Source: Planctomycetota bacterium
GTDB lineage: Bacteria; Planctomycetota; PUPC01; DSUN01
Direction of reading: 5' to 3'
Assembly (NCBI GenBank): GCA_035527715.1
Contig: DATKZY010000144.1
Location: 4,444 to 68,443 of the forward strand
Length of the DNA: 64,000 nucleotides
Both the position numbers and the translations under genes were made by a program. The notes under the pieces were generated by a model, which saw only the letters and a program-made list of their open reading frames with translations, searched no databases and had not been told where the DNA came from. Shown here piece by piece: positions 43,376 to 52,485 of the stretch. Numbering within the stretch: position 1 is the first letter of the stretch; every line of letters begins with the position of its first letter.

Positions 43376-44545
43376 CTACAAAACGCCGTAGATGTAGGCC
43401 AGGCAGAAGTACCCGCCGATGAGCACGAACAGCGCGCCCGTCGCCCAGCGCGCCCAGCGCTCGAACTGCGTGAGCCGGTGGAACACCTTGCCCACGGACT
43501 GCGCGCTGAACGCCAGCACCACGGCCACCGCCACCACGGGAACCGCCGTGCCCAGGCCGAAAAGCGTCGGCAACAGCACGCTCGACTGGCTCTGGAGCGC
43601 CAGCCCGAGCAGGCTGCCGAAGAACAGCGCCGCCGACACCGGGCAGAAGGCCAGAGCGAAGAGGATGCCCAGCAGCCCCGCGCCCCACACGCCCATCGCC
43701 TCCACCCGACGCTGCGTCGCCTCGCCCGGCGCGAACCCGCGGAAGCTCAGCTCCACGAGCCGCAACAGCACGATGCCCACGAGGAGGAGGATCGGGCCGA
43801 GGAACCGGTTCATGTACCGCGACAGCGCGGCGGCCACCTGGGCCTTGTAGAGCAGTCCCCCCACGATCAGCGCCGCCAGCACCACGTACACGAGCGTGCG
43901 CCCCACCGTGTACAGCAGGCCCGAGAGCAGCACCTGCCGCGAGCTGCCCACCCGCCGCCCGACGAAGGAGATGGCCGCGATATTCGTCGCCAGCGGGCAC
44001 GGGCTGATCGAGGTCAGGATGCCCAGCCACAGCGCCGACAGCGCGGCGAGCAGCAGCCCCTTCGCCAGCGGCCCCCCGCCGGCGGCCCGCTCGTCCTTGA
44101 GGAACGCCCCCACCGCCCCCTGCACAAACCCGACGAGGCGCGGGCCGTCGTCCAGGTAGTCCCACACCTCCTCCAGGTTCTTGTAGCGCCCCGGCTTGCC
44201 GTCGCGGAACTCGACGAGGACGACCGTGCTGGCGGCGATCTCGTACGCCTTCTCGAAGCCCTCGTTGCCGGGTGCCTGGTAGTTGGCCACGTGCCACTCG
44301 GCCTGCCCCTGTCGCAGCTCTTGCGGGAAGCCCTTCTCGAGCGCCTCGCGCGACAGCCGCTCGATCTTCCGGCACGAATCGCACCGCTTGTTCCCGTGGA
44401 AGTAGTAGACGCTGATGCCATTGAACGGCCCCTGGGCTTCGGCCCTCGCCGTCGGGCCGGGCCGCACCTCCTTCACGACGAGCGTGACGAGGCTCGCCGC
44501 CACGAAGGCCAGGAGGGGCGCCGCGATGAGCCACTTCCATTTCAC
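43376..44545 (-). CDS. DsbD/CcdA-like transmembrane thiol-disulfide electron transporter with an N-terminal thioredoxin-like CxxC domain
   Basis: GTG start with AGGAG 8 nt upstream. N-domain FHGNKRCDSCRK. Multi-pass TM region with conserved Cys (SISPCP, FCPVS), typical of DsbD_2/CcdA. Confidence 0.7.
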   Translation of the reverse strand: MKWKWLIAAPLLAFVAASLVTLVVKEVRPGPTARAEAQGPFNGISVYYFHGNKRCDSCRKIERLSREALEKGFPQELRQGQAEWHVANYQAPGNEGFEKAYEIAASTVVLVEFRDGKPGRYKNLEEVWDYLDDGPRLVGFVQGAVGAFLKDERAAGGGPLAKGLLLAALSALWLGILTSISPCPLATNIAAISFVGRRVGSSRQVLLSGLLYTVGRTLVYVVLAALIVGGLLYKAQVAAALSRYMNRFLGPILLLVGIVLLRLVELSFRGFAPGEATQRRVEAMGVWGAGLLGILFALAFCPVSAALFFGSLLGLALQSQSSVLLPTLFGLGTAVPVVAVAVVLAFSAQSVGKVFHRLTQFERWARWATGALFVLIGGYFCLAYIYGVL

Positions 44546-44559
44546 GAGGGGGACTCCTG

Positions 44560-44790
44560 TCAGGCGAGAAGGGCCTTGATGTCGTCGGACGAGGGCACTT
44601 TGCCCACGAGCTTCACCTTGCCGTCCACCACGAGGGCGGGCGTCATCATCACGCCGAAGGCCAGGATCTGCGCGATGTCGGTCACCTTCTCCAGTTGGTA
44701 GTCCACTCCGAGGGCTTTTGCGGCCGCCTCGGCGTTCTCCGCGAGCTTCTTGCACTTGGGGCAGCCTGTGCCCAGCACCTGAATCTTCAT
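44560..44790 (-). CDS. Small thioredoxin-like 'redox-active disulfide protein 2' (77 aa)
   Basis: MKIQVLGTGCPKCKKL...; the CPKC motif and size are typical of the TM0996/MTH895-type small thioredoxins that accompany ars permeases. Confidence 0.8.
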   Translation of the reverse strand: MKIQVLGTGCPKCKKLAENAEAAAKALGVDYQLEKVTDIAQILAFGVMMTPALVVDGKVKLVGKVPSSDDIKALLA

Positions 44791-44791
44791 C

Positions 44792-45232
44792 TCATTTCTC
44801 CAGCAGCGCGTCCGGCAGGGTTTCCACGAAGGCCCGGATTTCGTCGCGCACGCGCCGGTAGTGCGCGAGGGCCTCTTCCTCGGACTTCGCGCCAGCCGCC
44901 AGCCGCGGCGGGTCGTCGAAGCCCACATGCACGGTCCTCACCCGCCCCGGAAAGAGCGGGCAACTCTCATGCGCATGATCGCACACGGTGATCACGCAGT
45001 CAAACGAAATGTGCCTCAACTCGTCCACGTGCTTCGAGCGATGGGCCGAGATGTCCACCCCCGCCTCGGCCATGACCTGCACGGCTCGGGGGTTGAGCCC
45101 GTGGGTCTCGATGCCGGCCGAGTAGGCATCGAGCAGATCGCCCTTCAGGGCGCGTGCCCAGCCCTCGGCCATCTGGCTGCGGCACGAGTTGCCCGTGCAC
45201 AGGAACAGCACCTTGAGCTCCCGCTTCGCCAT
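44792..45232 (-). CDS. arsC: Arsenate reductase ArsC (LMW-PTP / thioredoxin-coupled type)
   Basis: Signature LFLCTGNSCRSQMAEG, catalytic Cys pattern, ~146 aa. ATG 45230-45232 overlaps the upstream stop as TGATG. Confidence 0.9.
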   Translation of the reverse strand: MAKRELKVLFLCTGNSCRSQMAEGWARALKGDLLDAYSAGIETHGLNPRAVQVMAEAGVDISAHRSKHVDELRHISFDCVITVCDHAHESCPLFPGRVRTVHVGFDDPPRLAAGAKSEEEALAHYRRVRDEIRAFVETLPDALLEK

Positions 45233-45819
45233 CAACGAGGCCCCTTCTGCTCGGCCTCGGGCGCAGCGGGCCTCGGCGGCTCGTTGGGCGCGGTGCCCCC
45301 CTTCACGTCGTCGCCGCTGAGGTCAATGAGGAACCAGCCCAGGAAGAAGTCGGGGATTTCCAGCCAGCAGATGTTGGCGGTGATGCCGACCCAGCCGAGG
45401 TGGAAGTAGTGTTTGCACGAGACGCGGTAGGGCTGCTTGCCCCGTTCGCCGCGGGCGATGGCCAGGAGGCCCACCGGCTGGTCCTCCACCGCCTTGTCGC
45501 CGGCCTTCTCCCCGGCCTTCGCGGGCCCCTGCCAGGTGTTTCTCTCGTAGCCCCAGACCAGGGCGCCGGCATTCCGCTGATGGTGCTCCATCACGCCCAC
45601 CTTGCCGCGGCCCACGCCCGCGTAATAGCCGTCCACCTTGCCGAACCCGATGGGCAGGATCACCGGGCAGTTCATGTAGAGGCCGAACTGCGGCTTCTTC
45701 GAGAACGTCAGCCCCAGGTCGAACATCTCGGCCGCGTCGCGTCCTCGGTTGCGCAGGTAGGTGCAGCCCTGCGCCGCGAGGGCCGCTGCGGCCAGGGTGG
45801 CAAGCAGTCGTTGCCTCAT
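45232..45819 (-). CDS. Lipoprotein, paralog of 42132..43214 (conserved Cys/His N-domain only); embedded in the ars operon
   Basis: Lipobox [40 protein letters not shown]...[15 protein letters not shown]-type overlaps with acr3 upstream and arsC downstream. Confidence 0.7.
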   Translation of the reverse strand: MRQRLLATLAAAALAAQGCTYLRNRGRDAAEMFDLGLTFSKKPQFGLYMNCPVILPIGFGKVDGYYAGVGRGKVGVMEHHQRNAGALVWGYERNTWQGPAKAGEKAGDKAVEDQPVGLLAIARGERGKQPYRVSCKHYFHLGWVGITANICWLEIPDFFLGWFLIDLSGDDVKGGTAPNEPPRPAAPEAEQKGPR

Positions 45820-47027
45820 GTCTTGCTCCTTTCCTCGGTGGGGAACCAGTGGCGGGTCGCCAGGCAGATCTTCACGAGCATCAGCATCACGGGCACCTCG
45901 ATGAGCACGCCGACCACGGTGGCCAGCGCCGCGCCCGACGAGAGGCCAAAGAGCATCGTGGCCGTGGCAATCGCCACCTCGAAGTGGTTCGACGCGCCGA
46001 TCATCGCCGATGGGGCGGCGTCCTCATAGGTCAGCTTCAGCGGCCTCGACCACCAGTAGCCGAGCCAGAAGATGAGATTCGTCTGGATGAACAGGGGGAT
46101 GGCGATCCACAGGATCGTCAGCGGATTGCCCAGGATCACCTCGCCCTTGAACGAGAACAGGAGCACGAGGGTGATCAGCAGCGCGATGATGGTGACGGGC
46201 GTGAGGACGTGGAGGAACTTCTCCTTGAACCACACGTCGCCCTTGGCCTTGATGAGCCACTTCCGCGAGAAATAGCCCGCGACGAGCGGCAGCGCCACGT
46301 AGATGCCGATCGAGAGCACCAGCGCCTGCCACGGCACGGGCAATCGCCCCACGCCGAGCAGGAAGCCGCCCAGCGGGCCGTAGAGGACGAGCATCGTGAG
46401 CGAGTTGATCGCCACCATCACCAGCGTGTGGCCGTCGTTGCCCTTCGCCAGGTAGCCCCACACGAGCACCATCGCGGTGCAGGGCGCGATGCCAAGGAGG
46501 ATACAGCCGGCCAGATAGCTCCGCCACAGCGGCACCTCGAGCATCTTCGCCCCGTCGTGCAGCACCACCTGCCCCGCGCCATACGTGGCCCCGAGGTCCA
46601 GGTTCTGCCCCAACGGCATCTTTACGTAGTCCTTCGCCTCCGGGCCGATGAAGCCCAGGAAGAGCGTGCCGAGGAAGAACACGGCGATGGCGTACATCGT
46701 GAACGGCTTGATCACCCAGTTCACGAAGAGCGTGAGGCCCACAGGCTTGATGTTTCGGCCTGCCTTCAGCACCTCGCCGAAGTCAATCTTGACCATGATC
46801 GGGTACATCATGAAGAACAGGCACACGGCGATGGGGATGGAGACGACGGGCGCATCGCCCACGCAGATCGCCAGCCCATCCAGGGCCGTGGCGACGCGCG
46901 GCGCCACCTTCCCAAGGGCGATGCCGCCCAGGATGCACAGGGCGACCCACACGGTGAGGTACCGCTCGAAAACGCTCAGGCCCTTCGGCCGCTTCGTGAC
47001 ACAGGCCTCCGACGCCACGTTCGACAT
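45816..47027 (-). CDS. acr3: Arsenite efflux transporter, ACR3 family
   Basis: ~400-aa multi-pass protein. [20 protein letters not shown]-terminus and overall ACR3/ArsB-BART architecture. Start ATG 47025-47027. Confidence 0.8.
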   Translation of the reverse strand: MSNVASEACVTKRPKGLSVFERYLTVWVALCILGGIALGKVAPRVATALDGLAICVGDAPVVSIPIAVCLFFMMYPIMVKIDFGEVLKAGRNIKPVGLTLFVNWVIKPFTMYAIAVFFLGTLFLGFIGPEAKDYVKMPLGQNLDLGATYGAGQVVLHDGAKMLEVPLWRSYLAGCILLGIAPCTAMVLVWGYLAKGNDGHTLVMVAINSLTMLVLYGPLGGFLLGVGRLPVPWQALVLSIGIYVALPLVAGYFSRKWLIKAKGDVWFKEKFLHVLTPVTIIALLITLVLLFSFKGEVILGNPLTILWIAIPLFIQTNLIFWLGYWWSRPLKLTYEDAAPSAMIGASNHFEVAIATATMLFGLSSGAALATVVGVLIEVPVMLMLVKICLATRHWFPTEERSKT

Positions 47028-47134
47028 CTCCTTCCGTTGTGACACTCCAGCCGAGTGAAGTGCCCGCCCCCACCGACCTTGTGTCGGTGGAGCGAAGGAT
47101 TGGCCACTACGCCAAGCGGCCCTCACCCCCCCAT

Positions 47135-47180
47135 CCCCCTCTCCCCCCGCCCGCCGCGCGGCGGGCGGGGGGAGAGGGGG
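47135..47180. repeat. Perfect 23-bp GC palindrome (46 nt) followed by G-runs, between the radical SAM gene and acr3
   Basis: ccccctctccccccgcccgccgcg|cgcggcgggcggggggagaggggg then agaagagggggagg. Confidence 0.7.
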
Positions 47181-47283
47181 AGAAGAGGGGGAGGCTCACG
47201 GCACAGTAGTTGCCAATCCCTCGCTCCACTGGGGCAAGCCCAGTGGGGGCGTGCACATCAGTCGGGCGAAGTGTTACCTTCAG

Positions 47284-48441
47284 CTATGGGCATTGCACAA
47301 TCCCCGCGGCCCACAGGCACTCGCCGCAGCGGGGGAAATCGTCGCCGAAACAGTCCTCCTCGTTGTCGCGCCGCAGGTCGCAGCCGCCGCACTCGATGCA
47401 GGGGGCGAAGGCGAACTCGCGGACGCGCCCGCGGAAGGCCCGATACTCGCCGCCCTGCCACAGGTCCTTGAGCCGCGTCTCGTGGATGTTCCCCAGGACG
47501 TAGCGGCGGGCGCGTTTCGCCTTATCGCGGAAGTAGTAGGTGTGCGAGTGGAGCAACGGCAGGCAGGGGCTCACCGCGCCGTCCCAACGGATGGCCAGCC
47601 GCCCCTCGGCGACGAAGGGGCAGCGGGGGTCGGCCCCCGCAACGTCGGCACCGTTCCTCCGCAGCCGGGTGCCCGTGGCGCGCATCCGCTCGACCACCCC
47701 GCTCGCCGCGGAGCGCGGGTCCATCAGCGGCAGGTCCACGGCAGGGTCCCACGGGGTGATGAGGTGCCGACGCGACGCGGTGGTCCACTGGTCGTACAGG
47801 ATGTCGCCCGCCAGCTCGGGCGTGTGCGGCACGAGGTTGGTGACCAGCACGCCCGTGAAGCCGAGCTGGGGCGCGAGCCGCACCAGGGCCGGCAGCTCGC
47901 CGATGTTGCGCTTCGTGGCCACGAACTCGATGACGACCTCGGGGTACGCGACGTTGTGCAGCACGCGCAGGCGATGAAACGCTCGCAGGTTGCCCTCGAC
48001 GGCTGGGAACGTCCCCGCGTGCAGGCTCTGGCTCGCGTCGCCGCTCAAGCCGTCCACCGACACGATCAGCTTGTCGAGCCGCAGCTTGATGAGCCGCTCC
48101 ATCGCCTCGGGCGTCAGAAGCAGGCCGTTGGTGACCGCCTCGACGGCGAACCGCGCGCCCTTGGCGAGGGCGACGAACTCCACGAAGAGCGGGTGCGCCA
48201 TCGGCTCGCCGTAACCGCTGAAGTTCAGGGTGGCCAGGCCCGGCAGTTCGGCGCACTGCTCGACGACGCGGCGAAACGTGGCCAGCGACATCTCCCCGCC
48301 CGGCTCCTCGAAGGCGCGGCGCAGGCACATCGCGCAGTCGAGGTTGCACGCCGTCGTCAGCTCGACGTATGCCTTTCGTGGCGCATCGTCGCCGCCGCCC
48401 CGCGCCTCCCGACGCACTGGAGGGATCACCTCGATCAGCAT
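47284..48441 (-). CDS. Radical SAM enzyme with C-terminal SPASM/twitch Cys-rich domain
   Basis: CNLDCAMC (Cx3Cx2C) near the N-terminus. SGYGEP. C-terminal CPFVAEGRLAIRWDGAVSPC...CIECGGC...CFGDDFPRCGEC. The track start is GTG 48498; the ATG at 48441 is also possible. Confidence 0.75.
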   Translation of the reverse strand: MLIEVIPPVRREARGGGDDAPRKAYVELTTACNLDCAMCLRRAFEEPGGEMSLATFRRVVEQCAELPGLATLNFSGYGEPMAHPLFVEFVALAKGARFAVEAVTNGLLLTPEAMERLIKLRLDKLIVSVDGLSGDASQSLHAGTFPAVEGNLRAFHRLRVLHNVAYPEVVIEFVATKRNIGELPALVRLAPQLGFTGVLVTNLVPHTPELAGDILYDQWTTASRRHLITPWDPAVDLPLMDPRSAASGVVERMRATGTRLRRNGADVAGADPRCPFVAEGRLAIRWDGAVSPCLPLLHSHTYYFRDKAKRARRYVLGNIHETRLKDLWQGGEYRAFRGRVREFAFAPCIECGGCDLRRDNEEDCFGDDFPRCGECLWAAGIVQCP

Positions 48442-48508
48442 GCGCACCTCAGCCTCTCCCCAAGGGAGAGGGGGGATGGTCGCCTCCCCGCCAAGCACGT
48501 ACGCCGGC

Positions 48509-49210
48509 TCATCCGGCGATTCCCGCCATCTTCAGGGCGACCTCGGCCACGCGGCGGCCGAGGTTTTTCGCGGTGCCCAGGCCGAGCTCGTCGCCGCTGA
48601 TGTCGTCCTTGTTGTTCCACAAGGTCGCGCCGCGATGGGCGGTCGGCCGGCCGTCGCCCACAATGAGCATCTCGTGGCACATCAAGGCCGCCTGGATGCA
48701 CTGAATCGTCAGCTCCTGCCCGCCGTTGCGGTTGCCGCCCACAGCCACGACGCCCGCCACTTTGCCGCTGAGCGGGAAATTCGCCTTGCGGAAGACCACC
48801 CAACGGTCCAGGAACGCCTTGCACAGGGAACTCATCGAGCCGAAGTAGACGGGTGAGCCGACGATGATGCCGCCCACCTTCGGGTCGCTGAGCTTCGGCG
48901 CCAGCTTCAGGAAATCGTCCTCCTGCCCCGCCGGCAGCGGCACGCCGGCGGCCACGGCGCCGTTGATGTTCATGTCCGCCAACTCGATCAGCTCGACCTC
49001 GATGGCCGGGCTGGCCGCCTTCGCGGCGTCCAGGACCGCCTGGACGGCCGCCGCGGTGGTCTTGCCCTTCCGCGGGCTGCACGCGACGCCGACGATCTTC
49101 ACGCCCTTCGCCGGCGCAGGGGCCTCCGCCGCCAGGGCCTGGGCGGCCCCAGCCGCCACCGCGCCGCCCACGAAGCCCAGGAACGCACGCCGCCTCACAT
49201 CATCTGCCAT
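48509..49210 (-). CDS. TAT-exported NADPH-dependent FMN reductase family flavoprotein (ArsH-like fold, predicted periplasmic)
   Basis: GAGGAG RBS. MADDVRRRAFLGFVGGAVAAGAA twin-arginine signal. KIVGVACSPRKGKTT and SPVYFGSMSS flavodoxin-like motifs. Confidence 0.7.
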   Translation of the reverse strand: MADDVRRRAFLGFVGGAVAAGAAQALAAEAPAPAKGVKIVGVACSPRKGKTTAAAVQAVLDAAKAASPAIEVELIELADMNINGAVAAGVPLPAGQEDDFLKLAPKLSDPKVGGIIVGSPVYFGSMSSLCKAFLDRWVVFRKANFPLSGKVAGVVAVGGNRNGGQELTIQCIQAALMCHEMLIVGDGRPTAHRGATLWNNKDDISGDELGLGTAKNLGRRVAEVALKMAGIAG

Positions 49211-49221
49211 GGCCGTTCTCC

Positions 49222-50523
49222 TCAAAGGACACCGAAGGTCAGGCCGACCACTGTGGACATTATGGCCACCAGGATGCAGAAGACAAGCGTCTTCTTCCAG
49301 CCCATCACCTTCCGCAGCACGAGGATGCTGGGGATCGAGAGCGCCGGCCCCGCCAGCAGCAGCGACAGGGCCGGGCCCTTCGCCATCCCCAGGTCCATCA
49401 GCGCCTGCGTGATCGGTATCTCGGTGAGCGTGGCGAAGTACCAGAGCATCCCCGCGAACGAGGCCACGAAGTTCGCCAGCAGGCCGTTGTCGCCGACGAG
49501 GGCCGCCACGCTCTTCTCGGGGATGAGATGGGAGATGAATCCCGTGATGAACACGCCGCCAAACAGCAGCGGCACAATCATCTTGCCAAACGTCCACGTC
49601 GCGTCCAGCCACTCCTTGACCTCTTTGCGGCTGAACCAGCGCCAGAGCATCAGCAGCACGGCGAGCCCCATCGCCCCGGCCAGGTGCCACTTGATGCTGT
49701 GGACGGCCATCGTGAAGCTGGGGACGGGTTTCGCCGACGCGATGTCGGCCTTTGCCAGCCGCTGCACCTCGGGGTCGAGATGACCGCTGGGCAGATAGGC
49801 CTGCACGTCCAGCGCGTCGGTCGTCTTGTAGCGGACGTTGGCCTGGAAGGCCCGCCCGTCCCGCATCACGATCGTCACGTCGTTCGTGTTGAACCAGTCG
49901 CTGAAGACGAGGAACAGCACCATCGCGGCGAAGAAGAGGGCCGTCTGCCACAGGCGGCGGGGGCTGGCCGGCGGCTCAGGGAGTTGCATGACCGCCTCGA
50001 CCCGCCTCTTCTCCGCGTGGCGGAAGAAGAAGGCCATGAGCAGCCCGATCACGTAGGCGAAGGCCACGGAGCCGACGACCCGCGCCACGCCGAGGTCCAG
50101 GCCCAGCACGCGGGCCGACAGGAAGATAGCCATCACATTGATCGCCGGCCCGGAGTAGAGGAACGCGCTCCCCGGCCCCAGTCCCGCGCCCATCGCGTAG
50201 ATGCCCGCGAACATCGGCAGCACGCTGCACGAGCATACCGCCAGGATCACCCCCGACACCGCCCCCACCGTGTAGGCCAGGAAGCGATTCGAGTTCGGCC
50301 CCAGATACCGCATCACCGAGGCCTGCGACAGGAACGTGCCGATCGCCCCCGCGATGAACATCGCCGGCACCACGCACGCCAGCGTGTGCTCGCGCACGTA
50401 CCATTGGAGCAGCCGAAACGCCTCGTGCACTGCCCCCGACACCTTCGGGTCCGAGAACGGCACGAAGTAGAAGAACACGAAGATGCCGACCAGGACCGCC
50501 AGGGTCTTCAGCTCTCTCCGCAC
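49222..50523 (-). CDS. ArsP-like / DUF318 permease (organoarsenical permease family) with the CSCS motif
   Basis: Multi-pass TM protein. ILAVCSCSVLPMF resembles the ArsP TPFcSCS signature. GTG start with GGAGA 5 nt upstream. Confidence 0.6.
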   Translation of the reverse strand: MRRELKTLAVLVGIFVFFYFVPFSDPKVSGAVHEAFRLLQWYVREHTLACVVPAMFIAGAIGTFLSQASVMRYLGPNSNRFLAYTVGAVSGVILAVCSCSVLPMFAGIYAMGAGLGPGSAFLYSGPAINVMAIFLSARVLGLDLGVARVVGSVAFAYVIGLLMAFFFRHAEKRRVEAVMQLPEPPASPRRLWQTALFFAAMVLFLVFSDWFNTNDVTIVMRDGRAFQANVRYKTTDALDVQAYLPSGHLDPEVQRLAKADIASAKPVPSFTMAVHSIKWHLAGAMGLAVLLMLWRWFSRKEVKEWLDATWTFGKMIVPLLFGGVFITGFISHLIPEKSVAALVGDNGLLANFVASFAGMLWYFATLTEIPITQALMDLGMAKGPALSLLLAGPALSIPSILVLRKVMGWKKTLVFCILVAIMSTVVGLTFGVL

Positions 50524-50560
50524 GTTCGTCTCCTATGCCCCGCCCGCGCCGGCGAGGGTC

Positions 50561-50584
50561 ACATTCTCACATTCTACAGAATGT
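50561..50584. promoter_or_regulatory. Candidate ArsR operator: direct repeat ACATTCTC ACATTCTA overlapping the 7-2-7 inverted repeat ACATTCTacAGAATGT
   Basis: Read directly in the 160-bp gap between arsR and the permease. A second inverted repeat, ggccgat-ggcgg-atcggcc, lies at ~50619-50637. Confidence 0.35.
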
Positions 50585-50683
50585 TGGAACATCGCCTGGC
50601 CCGCGCTGCTTGCGGCGGGCCGATGGCGGATCGGCCAACTCGCCAAGCCTGCACGCAAAGAAAAAGCCACTCGACACCGCAGA

Positions 50684-51016
50684 TCACTCCCCGCGTCGCC
50701 CGGCCAGAGCGAGCTGCTCCCGCGCCGTCGAGGCGATGACCGACTCCACGCAGTCGAAGAACTGGAGGATGCACGGGCAGCGGAGCGCGTAGTAGACCTG
50801 CGAGCCGCGCTTGTCGTCCGACGCGATCCCCGCGCCCCGCAGGATGGCCAGGTGCCTGGAAACCGTGGACATGTCCGCCCCCACCATCTCGGTGAGCTCG
50901 CACACGCACTTCTCGCCCCGCGAGAGGGCGTCCACGATGAACAGCCGCGTCGGATGGGCCATGGCCTTGACGATCCGGGCCCTGGCCTCCATGCGTGCCT
51001 GGGTCTTTGCATCCAC
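50684..51016 (-). CDS. arsR: ArsR/SmtB-family metalloregulatory transcriptional repressor
   Basis: HTH ELTEMVGADMSTVSRHLAILRGAGI and metal-site CVCEL. GTG start with GGAAGGAGG 6 nt upstream. Start coordinate may be off by 1 nt. Confidence 0.8.
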   Translation of the reverse strand: MDAKTQARMEARARIVKAMAHPTRLFIVDALSRGEKCVCELTEMVGADMSTVSRHLAILRGAGIASDDKRGSQVYYALRCPCILQFFDCVESVIASTAREQLALAGRRGE

Positions 51017-51396
51017 GGCATTCCTCCTTCCAAACACTTGGCAGTATCCCCAACTCGCCAAGCCCTGTCAACCCAATATCGCGCCGACACGCCCGAATGG
51101 CACCAATGCAAGGGACTCAGGCCCGCCCAAAGGGCGGCAGGGGATACCGCACGAGCGTCTGGCATGAACCAGTCGTGGTGGCGCCGTGAAGGGCGAGCAA
51201 TCCCATTGGGGCAACATGCCCTCAATTTTCAGTTTTTCTGGCCTCACCCGGCGCCCTGGGCCACTGCCGCCTGGCACTACAACGCTGGATTCCCCCCCCC
51301 CCAGCCGCGGGGTGGGACATCTATAGGTGATTGAGCTCCAACTGGGAGGCAGGGGGGCGCGGATGTGCCTGGGTTGGGTTTCCTGGAGCGTGTTGC

Positions 51397-52485
51397 CTAC
51401 TCCTTCGCTGCCGGTGCGAAGCCGTATTTCTGCTTCGCGGTGTCGCAGGCCTTCTTGATCTGGGCGCTGTGGTCGGTGGGGGTGGGCTTGAGGAGGCCGA
51501 GCATGGCCTTGCCGAAGGCCTCGCCGATGCGGAAGAAGGTGTCGGCTCGGCCACGATAGTGGTAGCCGCCGTCGAACTGCGGGCCGTCGAAGACCATGTA
51601 GGGGCCGGTCGGGACGTAGCGGACCGTGTCCTTGAACTCGGGCATCTTCGACACGCTTTCCTGCTGGGCACGGAAGCTCATGTGCTTGGCGCGGTAGCGC
51701 TCGGGGATCTGCTGCTCGGTGCCGCTCTGGCCCAGCTCGCCGACGATCATGGGCAGGTCGGGCGCGCCGAGGTCGGTGCGCAGGTCGCGCAGCAGGTTCG
51801 CCAGGTTCGGCCCGTATTCCTTGTGGTGCGCGGCGTCGAGCATGTCGTTCCAGCCCTGGAACCAGACGAAGCCCGAGATTTCGTAGCCGGAACCGTCGTA
51901 TTCGGGGAAGAGTGTCTTGAGGTTGGCCAGGGTCTCGTGGGTGAGGCGGACGAGTTCGCGGTAGTTGTAGCCGATGAGCTTGGCGGGGTCGCCCTCGAAC
52001 TTCTTCCTCTTCGCGAGGTCGGCGAGCCACTGGGCGTCGAAGTCGCCCTGGCCCGAGCTGGGCGGGCGGAAGTCGAATCGCAGGCTCCTGCCGCCCCAGG
52101 AGATCTTGATGAGCAGCACGCGCTCCTTGAGGCGGTCGCCGACGACGTGGCCGAACTGAAGCTCGGCGCCAAAGCGATCGGGCGGGTTGGCGTAGCCGAC
52201 GGTGAGCGGGCCTTTCTTGTCAATCTTGTCGCCGTTCGTGTAGCGGATCAGGACATCGGGCCGCTCGGCCCACTTGTCGCCGTCGCGCAGATGGCGGTAG
52301 GTGGGGGCCGTCTTCTCGTCGGCGAGGAGCTGCTCGAGGTGTTTGATCGAGCCCTTGCCCTCCATGTTCGACTGGCCGGACAGGATGAACACGCGCCACG
52401 GGCCGGGCGCCGGGGCGTCGGCCGCGCGGGCCGCGGTGGCGAGTGTGAGGGCCGCGGCCGCAAGGGTTGCTCTTCTCATCCACAT
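51397..52485 (-). CDS. Sialate O-acetylesterase-like / DUF303 carbohydrate esterase (paralog of 39156..40457)
   Basis: Signal peptide. WRVFILSGQSNMEG. GFVWFQGWNDM. Confidence 0.75.
   Translation of the reverse strand: MWMRRATLAAAALTLATAARAADAPAPGPWRVFILSGQSNMEGKGSIKHLEQLLADEKTAPTYRHLRDGDKWAERPDVLIRYTNGDKIDKKGPLTVGYANPPDRFGAELQFGHVVGDRLKERVLLIKISWGGRSLRFDFRPPSSGQGDFDAQWLADLAKRKKFEGDPAKLIGYNYRELVRLTHETLANLKTLFPEYDGSGYEISGFVWFQGWNDMLDAAHHKEYGPNLANLLRDLRTDLGAPDLPMIVGELGQSGTEQQIPERYRAKHMSFRAQQESVSKMPEFKDTVRYVPTGPYMVFDGPQFDGGYHYRGRADTFFRIGEAFGKAMLGLLKPTPTDHSAQIKKACDTAKQKYGFAPAAKE

Noticed and set aside
47284-48441. Assignment as anaerobic sulfatase-maturating enzyme
   Set aside because: It is plausible, given the rSAM-SPASM fold and sulfatase-rich lifestyle, but it cannot be distinguished from other SPASM maturases by eye, and the gene is embedded in the ars cluster. 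I left it generic.
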